From an uncultured Gammaproteobacteria bacterium (GTDB lineage: Bacteria > Patescibacteriota > Patescibacteriia > UBA2196): 42,385 nucleotides of DNA. The position numbers and the translations under genes are program-made. The DNA is taken from NCBI GenBank assembly GCA_964488715.1, contig CAZAVD010000002.1:7093-49477 (forward strand), read 5' to 3'. Under the pieces are notes generated by a model that was given only the letters and a program-made list of their open reading frames with translations, searched no databases and was not told where the DNA came from. Position 1 is the first letter of the stretch; each line of letters starts with the position of its first letter. Positions 23,332-30,600 of this stretch are shown one piece after another.

Positions 23332-23518
23332 CTCAAGAGATTGAGTTTTTAACTTATTTTGAAGTTCTTTAAGTTTCTTTTTACTTAAATCCAGCGGAGA
23401 ATCTGCTTATTTTAAAAAATCATAAATTTCAGACAAATGAAGTGTTGTCCTTTGAAACCAACTGCCAATGTATATTTTTTGTATGTGCATAAGTTTATTA
23501 TAACATAATTCACATTAA

Positions 23519-23851
23519 TTATGTAATTAAATCATTAATCTCATTTAAAATATCTTCTGGAATAGGAATTTTATCTTGAATTTGGCTTACTCCTGGATAC
23601 CGCCATGCTGTAATTATTTTTTTCTTATTATTATTAGACACCAAATACATCATCCAAATTTCTGTTTTGCTTTTATTTCCAATAGTTTGCATACAAGCCA
23701 CGCATCCTGGAGCAACAGCTTCTTGACATCTATCTGGATTACGCAATACCCGTATTACTCTTTGCGAACTTAAACCATAAAATTTCATTTTTTCAATTGA
23801 ATGTTTTGTCCAAGAAATTTTATTTGTATTTTTAGGTTCTTTAAATTGCAT
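23519..23851 (-). CDS. DUF4258-like small protein (possible RelE-fold toxin)
   Basis: WTKHSIEKMKFYGLSSQRVIRVLRNPD resembles the DUF4258 N-terminal motif (HA.ERM.ERGIS..EV); 1-nt gap to the upstream exonuclease gene. Confidence 0.45.
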   Translation of the reverse strand: MQFKEPKNTNKISWTKHSIEKMKFYGLSSQRVIRVLRNPDRCQEAVAPGCVACMQTIGNKSKTEIWMMYLVSNNNKKKIITAWRYPGVSQIQDKIPIPEDILNEINDLIT

Positions 23852-23852
23852 A

Positions 23853-24518
23853 TTAAAATAAAAAATCTTTCATCCTCTCATACAAATCTTTAGTTGCAAC
23901 AACATCTCTCATACAATATTCAGCTATTTTTTTATATTCTTTATTTTTAAATAAATTATTTACTTCAAGTCCTGAAACACCTTCATCTTTTGGATTTTTT
24001 ATTCCAAATGTTTGGCACAAACTTTCCAAAGAAAGTTTTCTAAATGCTCCATAAAAACTTAATTGATCCATTATATCTAAATGTTCTTTTGTTGAATAGC
24101 GATAAGGCATTAAATTTTTTGTTGGTTTTAAATTATGATAAATTGAGCGGATAATAATAAAAGGGCAATCAAAGCCTCTTCCATTAAAAGAAATTATTTG
24201 TTCAAAAAATCTAATATCTTGCCAAAAACTTTCTAAAATTCCTTTTTCATCTTTAACAATATATTCTATATTATTTTTTGTATAATTTTCTATATTATTT
24301 TTTGGTGCTTGAAAATATACTTTGCCTTGCCCTGAATCTGAATTTAACATTGCAATAGCAACTACTTCTCCGCTAATTGGCAATAAACCAGTGCGTGATA
24401 AAATATCCTCACGCTCTTTTTCATCTTTAGCGTTTTTAATTAAATATTCTTTTATTATTGGATCAAGTTCATCTTTTTCTTGACCACAAGTTTCAATATC
24501 AAATATTAATTTAGGCAT
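23853..24518 (-). CDS. RNase H-fold 3'-5' exonuclease related to the PolB exonuclease domain
   Basis: LIFDIETCG (ExoI DxE), SFNGRGFDCPFI (ExoII), YCMRDVVATKDLY (ExoIII). Confidence 0.75.
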   Translation of the reverse strand: MPKLIFDIETCGQEKDELDPIIKEYLIKNAKDEKEREDILSRTGLLPISGEVVAIAMLNSDSGQGKVYFQAPKNNIENYTKNNIEYIVKDEKGILESFWQDIRFFEQIISFNGRGFDCPFIIIRSIYHNLKPTKNLMPYRYSTKEHLDIMDQLSFYGAFRKLSLESLCQTFGIKNPKDEGVSGLEVNNLFKNKEYKKIAEYCMRDVVATKDLYERMKDFLF

Positions 24519-24526
24519 ATTTTTAA

Positions 24527-24572
24527 GGTAGTCATCCTGAGCGACCTTTAGGATTTTAGGAGCCGAAGGATC
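24527..24572 (+). repeat. Long-form GTCATCC...AAGGATC element
   Basis: GGTAGTCATCCTGAGCGACCTTTAGGATTTTAGGAGCCGAAGGATC; lies 8 nt upstream of the exonuclease ATG on the opposite strand. Confidence 0.9.
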
Positions 24573-24604
24573 TGGTTGAATATTGCTTAGCTTAATTTAA
24601 TTTA

Positions 24605-24633
24605 ATCTTATCTAATTTATCTAATCTTGACAA
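24605..24633 (-). promoter_or_regulatory. Candidate promoter TTGTCA-17-TAAGAT for the exonuclease operon
   Basis: Read on minus strand, about 30 nt downstream of repeat 24662-24696. Confidence 0.4.
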
Positions 24634-24661
24634 GTTCAAATAAATTATTTCTATTTCAAAC

Positions 24662-24696
24662 ATAGACTCTTAACTCACGGCCGTGAGTTAATGACA
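24662..24696. repeat. 35-nt repeat with perfect 20-bp palindromic core, downstream flank of Cas2-like paralogue B
   Basis: ATAGACTCTTAACTCACGGCCGTGAGTTAATGACA; core TAACTCACGGCCGTGAGTTA. Confidence 0.9.
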
Positions 24697-24713
24697 AGTA
24701 ATTTATTAGTAAT

Positions 24714-25232
24714 TTATATTAGGCCAAACCTTTCCTTTAGTTTATCCTCACTACTGATTTTATCAGCCTCAATATACTGAAACCAATCACCTTCTCTAAA
24801 TCCTGGTATAATATCATACAAATAATTTAATACATCATAAGGGAATACCCAAACACTTTTTTGTAATTGATAGAATCCTATATCTATTAAGCTTTTTCTT
24901 AAATTATCTCTAAATTTTCTTTTTGTTTCTGGTATATCAAATATTAGGATGCGCCATTTTTTGTCCCATTTAGCTTTATCAATTTTATTTTTAATAATTA
25001 TTTTTGAAACTTCTTGCTTGCCTTTTTTAGTTAAATCACATCTTTTTTTACTTTTATTGTATTTAATATATTTACCTCTTTCCAAGTTACGATAAGCATA
25101 ATAAGGTATACCGCCAATTGATTGTTTAATATAACCATAAGGATTAATTAAATAAAAAATCAACCCTTCATTTTCATCAATAAAATTTTTTAAAAATTCT
25201 ATTGTTTTTTGACCTAATTTTCTTGTTTTCAT
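24714..25232 (-). CDS. wHTH + Cas2-like (PaaX-family-like) protein, paralogue B
   Basis: WDKKWRILIFDIPETKRKFRDNLRKSLIDIGFYQLQKSVWVFP matches the PaaX-type signature; LERGKYIKYNKSKKRCDLTKKGK is wHTH-like. Confidence 0.65.
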   Translation of the reverse strand: MKTRKLGQKTIEFLKNFIDENEGLIFYLINPYGYIKQSIGGIPYYAYRNLERGKYIKYNKSKKRCDLTKKGKQEVSKIIIKNKIDKAKWDKKWRILIFDIPETKRKFRDNLRKSLIDIGFYQLQKSVWVFPYDVLNYLYDIIPGFREGDWFQYIEADKISSEDKLKERFGLI

Positions 25233-25234
25233 AT

Positions 25235-25269
25235 ATAGACTTTTATCTCACGATCGTGAGTTAATGATA
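25235..25269. repeat. 35-nt repeat with palindromic core, upstream flank of paralogue B
   Basis: ATAGACTTTTATCTCACGATCGTGAGTTAATGATA; 30/35 identical to 24662-24696 in direct orientation; overlapped by a TTGCTT-17-TATCAT promoter on the minus strand. Confidence 0.9.
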
Positions 25270-25314
25270 GCAAATTAAATTTAAAAAAGCAAAAAAATAT
25301 GATAATAAAAAAAT

Positions 25315-25345
25315 TTGACAAAACTTTACTGGGGGGGGGTAGAAT
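25315..25345 (+). promoter_or_regulatory. Promoter TTGACA-N19-TAGAAT with a G9 homopolymer in the spacer
   Basis: TTGACA 25315-25320, G9 25331-25339, TAGAAT 25340-25345; about 88 nt upstream of ATG 25433. Confidence 0.55.
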
Positions 25346-25432
25346 TAAGATATTGATTAAGGGAGTTGTGGATAAAATAAAATATTAAAATAATTAAAAT
25401 TTTAAACTTTTTTAAAATTAAGGAGAAAAATT

Positions 25433-26407
25433 ATGGAAAAAACACCAGATACAAATCCAGCTCACGAAGAGTTTGATTTAGAAATTGAAAATGAAGAAGA
25501 ACTTGAGGAAGCTAAACAAGAAGCTGGAGTTAAAGAAAAAACAGAAAACAATCCGTTAAAAAAAAGAATGAAAAAGAGTCAGCGAGGAGAAGGTTTTGTT
25601 ATTTGTGAAAAACAAGGGAAGTTTGATTATTGGGATGGGGTAAAAGAAAAAATCCAGAAGTTTGCAGATGAGCACAAATGGAATGTTGATAGGTATAAGG
25701 AAGAATATGGAGATATAAAAACTTTTGATAATGAAGCGATCTTATCATCTGTAGAAGAAATTAATAAGAATGAGCAACAAAATTCACGAAAAGCTGGCAT
25801 AATTAGCTTTAATCTTTCAAGGTTTTCATTTGGTGAACAAGAAAAAGGGATGGAACAATTAAAAAAAATGCAACAAAATGATATACAAGAGATTGGAGTT
25901 GTGTTTCTTGAATGCGGTCATTTAGATTGTTATGGGCGTTGCGAAGGACCGTTTTTTGAAGCTTATAAAATGATTGATGATATTGCACAAAAGAATCCAG
26001 ACATTAATTTCAGCTATATTGAGGACATCTATGCAAATAAAGAAGAAATTAAAAAATTGTTTTTAGAAGATTTGAAGGAAAAGATCCCACAAAAAGATTT
26101 GGTTGAAAATATTGCAGAGAAAACAGGAAAGGAAAAAGAAGAAATTGTAGAATTATTGAAGAAATTTTTTTACAAATGTATTTTGTATAAAGATCAGTTG
26201 TCAGACAGAGAGAGGGATGCTTATAAAAAAATTCTAACTGCTAATAATTTTAATGGGGTAGAGCAGGACGATAAAGAACTTTTGTTTTTGTTTTTAATAA
26301 AATTTTTAAATAAAGAGATTGATTATAAAATTTTTATTAATAAATTAATAGAAATTGATTATGAAATGTCGCAGGATTTTCTTAAAAAATTAATTAAGAA
26401 AAATTAA
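25433..26407 (+). CDS. Acidic cytoplasmic hypothetical protein, 324 aa
   Basis: Strong SD AAGGAGA; no signal peptide; Cys cluster ECGHLDCYGRCEG; no recognised family. Confidence 0.7.
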   Translation: MEKTPDTNPAHEEFDLEIENEEELEEAKQEAGVKEKTENNPLKKRMKKSQRGEGFVICEKQGKFDYWDGVKEKIQKFADEHKWNVDRYKEEYGDIKTFDNEAILSSVEEINKNEQQNSRKAGIISFNLSRFSFGEQEKGMEQLKKMQQNDIQEIGVVFLECGHLDCYGRCEGPFFEAYKMIDDIAQKNPDINFSYIEDIYANKEEIKKLFLEDLKEKIPQKDLVENIAEKTGKEKEEIVELLKKFFYKCILYKDQLSDRERDAYKKILTANNFNGVEQDDKELLFLFLIKFLNKEIDYKIFINKLIEIDYEMSQDFLKKLIKKN

Positions 26408-26430
26408 GAGTTAATTTTTAAATAAATTAC

Positions 26431-26460
26431 AAAACCTCGATTGCTCGAGGTTTTTATTTT
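26431..26460 (+). terminator. Rho-independent terminator
   Basis: AAACCTCGA-TTGC-TCGAGGTTT followed by TTATTTT. Confidence 0.8.
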
Positions 26461-26560
26461 GGTTCTTTCTTGGCAAATGCCAGGCACTTGCCAAAAAAAT
26501 GTTGTGGTTGGAAATAAGTATTTAAACACCCATTTAAATAGGTATATTATTTTTTTGATT

Positions 26561-26612
26561 AAAAAGGACAGGTCTAAGACCTGTCCCTACAGAACGAGGC
26601 AATGCCTCGTTC
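26561..26612 (-). terminator. Tandem hairpins downstream of rpoC; the distal one has a T-run
   Basis: Minus strand GAACGAGGCA-T-TGCCTCGTTC, then GGACAGGTC-TTA-GACCTGTCC followed by TTTTTAATC. Confidence 0.65.
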
Positions 26613-26647
26613 CTACAATTAAAAATTTCGAATAGTGGTAATACAAC

Positions 26648-26702
26648 GGGATCCCATCGCCTTGACCCAATCCTAAAAAATCCTATCAAGACTCGGGATG
26701 AC
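26648..26702 (-). repeat. Long-form GTCATCC...GGGATCC element 5 nt after the rpoC stop
   Basis: Minus strand GTCATCCCGAGTCTTGATAGGATTTTTTAGGATTGGGTCAAGGCGATGGGATCC. Confidence 0.8.
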
Positions 26703-26707
26703 AATCT

Positions 26708-29700
26708 TCACCCTTTATACCCTGTGCCTGCTGGGATTAATTTGCCGATTATTACATTTTCCTTTAACCCACGAAGTTGATCAACTTTACCAGTTACAGC
26801 AGCGTCAATTAAAATTCTTGCAGTTTCTTGAAATGAAGCAGCTGATAAAAACGAAGAAGTTGAAAGCGAAGCTTTTGTTATTCCAAGTAAAACTTTGTTT
26901 CCTTTAGCTGTCATTTGTTTAGCTTCAGATAATTTTGTATTTATTTCATTAAATTCAGATAATTCCACAATTTCACCTGGCGAAAAATTAGAATCACCTG
27001 GCTCATCAATCATTACTCTAGAAAACATTTGTCTAGCAATAATTTCTACATGTTTGTCATTTAATTTCTGACCTTGGGAAGAATAAATATACTGAATTTC
27101 TTTTAAAACATATTTCTGCGCTGCTAATTGTCCACGCAAATTATATAAATCATGTAAATCTAAGGCTCCATCAGTTAATTGCTGTCCTTGCTCAACATTA
27201 TCTTTATCATTTACCCAAATATTCATATCACTAACTGCTGGTAATTCTTTTTCAGTTAATTTTTTACTTTCAATTAAGACAACCCATTCATCGTCATTGC
27301 TTTTATCTAATTTAACTTTACCATTAAAATTAGCTTTTTCTTCTTTATTTTTAGTTTGCAAAATTAAATCATTTTTCTTAACTTTATCTTTATCTTTAAT
27401 TTCTAATCCAGAAACATCTTTTTTGCTTACAAAAATCTCCTGTTGCTTTGTTTCATATCCTTTAATTTTAATTATTTTTTGTTTTTTTTCTTCATCTTTA
27501 ACAATAATTACTTGCCCATTAATTGGAGCCATTAAAGCTGGTTTTTTAACTTGTCTTGCTTCAAAAATTTCCTGAACTCTTGGCAAACCTTGAGTAATGT
27601 CACCACCAGCAGCTACTCCACCAGTATGAAAAGTTCTCATTGTTAACTGTGTTCCAGGCTCACCAATACTTTGAGCTGCCACAATTCCAACTGAAGTGCC
27701 TTTATTTACAATTCTATTATAACCTAAATCCCATCCATAACATTTAGTACATAAACCTCTATTAGTCTTACAAGTTAAAACTGAACGCACTTTTAATTTT
27801 TCCAAATCTAGTTCTTCTAAACTGCGAAAAATTTTATAATCTATTAATTTATTTTTCTTAACAATTATTTCTCCCTTTGCATCTTTAACTGTTTCTAAAC
27901 TCACTCGCCCTAAAGAACGTTTTGCCAAACTTGTTCCCATTTCATCTGATTCAGTTTTTAATAAATCAACACCTTCTTTATCTTTACAATCATCTTCAGT
28001 AATAATTAAACTTTGCGAAACATCAACTAATTTGCGAGTTAAATATCCAGCTTCAGCTGTTCTTAAAGCTGTATCAGTTAAACCTTTTCGCGCACCATGA
28101 GTGGAAATAAAATATTCTAACACATCTAGCCCTTCTTTATATGATGCTCTAATTGGCAACTCAATTGTTTCACCTGCTGGATTATTAACCAATCCTTTCA
28201 TTCCCATCATCTGATTAGTTTGATTCCATGAACCACGCGATCCTGATTCAATCATTGCATAAACAGGACTATCTTTAACTTTAGATAAAGTTTCACGGCA
28301 TGATTCAGTAATATTATCAATTACATCAAACCATGCTCTATTTGATTTAGTTCTTCGTTCATCATTAGTTAATAATCCCATATCATATTCTTCTCTAGCT
28401 TCATTTACTTTAGCTTCGGCTTGAGTAATCAATTCTGTTTTACTAGGCAACTCAGGCAAATCACCCATACTCCAAGTTATTCCTGATTGTGTCATATATT
28501 TAATAGCTAAATCTTTTAAATCATCTAATAATTTAGCAGTATCATCAATACCGCAATGCTCAAGAGAATCACTAACTAATTTTTTTAAAGCGCCTTTATC
28601 CATTGAATTATTAACAAATCTTAATTTAGGTTGTAGAATTTGATTAAAAAGTATTCTTCCAACACTAGTTATAACTGGATTTTCTTTAACTAAAAAAGTA
28701 ACTTCTGATAAAAATTCATCATCTAACCTAACCTTTATTAATTCTTGCAAACCAATATGTTTTAATTCATAAGCTAATATCGCTTCTTCTGGACTAGAAA
28801 ATATTTTCATTTTTTTGTCCTTTATATCATGTGAATTATTATCAATATAAGTTAGATAATAAATACCTAATACAAAATCTAAAGCAGGAGTGCTAACTGG
28901 TGTTCCATCACCAACTTTTAATAAATTTTTAGAAGATAGCATTATTTCTGCTGCTTCTTTTTTAGCTTCATTAGTTAATGGAACATGAACAGCCATTTGA
29001 TCACCATCAAAATCAGCATTAAAAGCACCACACACAAATGGATGCAACTGAATGGCTTTACCTTCAATTAAAACTGGTTGAAAAGCTTGAATACCTAAAC
29101 GATGCAAGGTTGGCGCACGATTTAACATTACATGCGCATTTTTAATAATCTTTTCTAAAATATCATAAACTTCTGTGTGTCCTGAATCAATAAAACGATT
29201 AGCAGACCGAACATTGTGCGCGTGTTCTTGCTTAATTAATTGAGAAATTACAAATGGTTTAAATAATTCTAAAGCCATTTTCTTAGGTAATCCACATTGA
29301 TAAAGTTTTAAATGTGGACCAACAACAATTACTGATCGTCCAGAATAATCAACTCGTTTACCCAACAAATTTGATCTAAAACGACCCTGTTTACCTTTTA
29401 ATGAATCAGCCAAACTCTTTAACATTCTTTGTTGTCCAGTTGATGCAGTAACTGTTTTTCCGTGTCGCGCTGAATTATCAATCAAAGCATCAGCTGCTTC
29501 TTGCAACATTCTTTTTTCATTTCTTACAATAACTTCTGGGGCATTTAATTCTAATAATCTTTTTAAACGATTATTACGATTAATTACACGACGATATAAA
29601 TCATTTAAATCAGAAGCAGCATATCTACCACCTTCTAAAGCTACCATTGGCCTAACATCTGGAGGTATAACTGGAACAGTAGTCAATATCATCCATTCTG

Positions 29701-30595
29701 GACGAATTTTTCTTTCATTTAAACTATTTAAAATTTTATATCGTTTAATAATTTTTCTGCGTTTAACTGGTGTAGCGCTTTTTAATTCTTTATTCATTTC
29801 AGCTAATTCTTTTTCTAAATCCATTTGAGTTAAAAGATTGCGCACTGCTTCAGCCCCAATTTCAGCTTCAAAAATATGACCATATTTTAAAGCCAAATCT
29901 TGATAAGCATTTTCTGAAATAATTTGTCTAACTTGTAATTCTTTTAATTCTTTTTTAGACATATCAGCAATCATACTTAACTCTTTTAATGCATTATTTT
30001 TAGCTACTTCAATTTCATTTAATTTAGTTTCTTTATCTTGCATTGAAAATTTAACATCACTTTGAATCTGTTTTTTTTGATTATTAAAATTACCTTCAAT
30101 TTGTTTCTTTTTTTGTTTTAATTCATTATCTAATTGATCCAAAGTTTCTTTACGCAAATCTTCATCTACTTTTGTTACAATAAAACTAGCAAAATAAATT
30201 ACTTTTTCTAATTCTTGAGCTGAAATATCTAAACACAAACCAATTTTGGATGGCACGCCGCGTAAAAACCAAATATGTGAAATCGGAGTTGCTAATTCAA
30301 TATGACCCATTCTTTCTCTACGAACCAAGGATCGTGTCACTTCTACTCCACACTTATCACAAACAATTCCTTTATAGCGAATTCTTTTATACTTTCCACA
30401 ATAACATTCCCAGTCTTTTGACGGACCAAATATTTTTTCGCAAAACAAACCATCTTTCTCAGGTTTCTGAGTTCTGTAATTAATTGTTTCCGGTTTTAAA
30501 ACTTGACCATAAGACCAACTTTTAATTGCTTCTGGCGAAGCAACCCGCAAACGAATTGCATTAAAATCTAAAGTTTTTTGTTCATCATTATGCAT
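26708..30595 (-). CDS. rpoC: DNA-directed RNA polymerase subunit beta'
   Basis: NADFDGDQMAVH catalytic motif, zinc-binding CYCGKY...CDKCGV, 1295 aa. Confidence 0.97.
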   Translation of the reverse strand: MHNDEQKTLDFNAIRLRVASPEAIKSWSYGQVLKPETINYRTQKPEKDGLFCEKIFGPSKDWECYCGKYKRIRYKGIVCDKCGVEVTRSLVRRERMGHIELATPISHIWFLRGVPSKIGLCLDISAQELEKVIYFASFIVTKVDEDLRKETLDQLDNELKQKKKQIEGNFNNQKKQIQSDVKFSMQDKETKLNEIEVAKNNALKELSMIADMSKKELKELQVRQIISENAYQDLALKYGHIFEAEIGAEAVRNLLTQMDLEKELAEMNKELKSATPVKRRKIIKRYKILNSLNERKIRPEWMILTTVPVIPPDVRPMVALEGGRYAASDLNDLYRRVINRNNRLKRLLELNAPEVIVRNEKRMLQEAADALIDNSARHGKTVTASTGQQRMLKSLADSLKGKQGRFRSNLLGKRVDYSGRSVIVVGPHLKLYQCGLPKKMALELFKPFVISQLIKQEHAHNVRSANRFIDSGHTEVYDILEKIIKNAHVMLNRAPTLHRLGIQAFQPVLIEGKAIQLHPFVCGAFNADFDGDQMAVHVPLTNEAKKEAAEIMLSSKNLLKVGDGTPVSTPALDFVLGIYYLTYIDNNSHDIKDKKMKIFSSPEEAILAYELKHIGLQELIKVRLDDEFLSEVTFLVKENPVITSVGRILFNQILQPKLRFVNNSMDKGALKKLVSDSLEHCGIDDTAKLLDDLKDLAIKYMTQSGITWSMGDLPELPSKTELITQAEAKVNEAREEYDMGLLTNDERRTKSNRAWFDVIDNITESCRETLSKVKDSPVYAMIESGSRGSWNQTNQMMGMKGLVNNPAGETIELPIRASYKEGLDVLEYFISTHGARKGLTDTALRTAEAGYLTRKLVDVSQSLIITEDDCKDKEGVDLLKTESDEMGTSLAKRSLGRVSLETVKDAKGEIIVKKNKLIDYKIFRSLEELDLEKLKVRSVLTCKTNRGLCTKCYGWDLGYNRIVNKGTSVGIVAAQSIGEPGTQLTMRTFHTGGVAAGGDITQGLPRVQEIFEARQVKKPALMAPINGQVIIVKDEEKKQKIIKIKGYETKQQEIFVSKKDVSGLEIKDKDKVKKNDLILQTKNKEEKANFNGKVKLDKSNDDEWVVLIESKKLTEKELPAVSDMNIWVNDKDNVEQGQQLTDGALDLHDLYNLRGQLAAQKYVLKEIQYIYSSQGQKLNDKHVEIIARQMFSRVMIDEPGDSNFSPGEIVELSEFNEINTKLSEAKQMTAKGNKVLLGITKASLSTSSFLSAASFQETARILIDAAVTGKVDQLRGLKENVIIGKLIPAGTGYKG

Positions 30596-30600
30596 AAAAT

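Noticed and set aside
23407-23409. Stop-codon reassignment (alternative genetic code) as the explanation for the in-frame TAA.
   Set aside because: TAA, TAG and TGA each terminate well-supported genes at family-typical lengths (for example rpoC and GIY-YIG end in TGA, leuS in TAG, tsaC in TAA). A single in-frame stop is better explained by mutation, a leader ORF or error.
26441-26907. ORFs 26441-26635 and 26698-26907 on the plus strand.
   Set aside because: The first runs through terminator hairpins and repeat elements in the convergent intergenic region. The second is antisense to the rpoC 3' end. Neither has a motif or an SD site.
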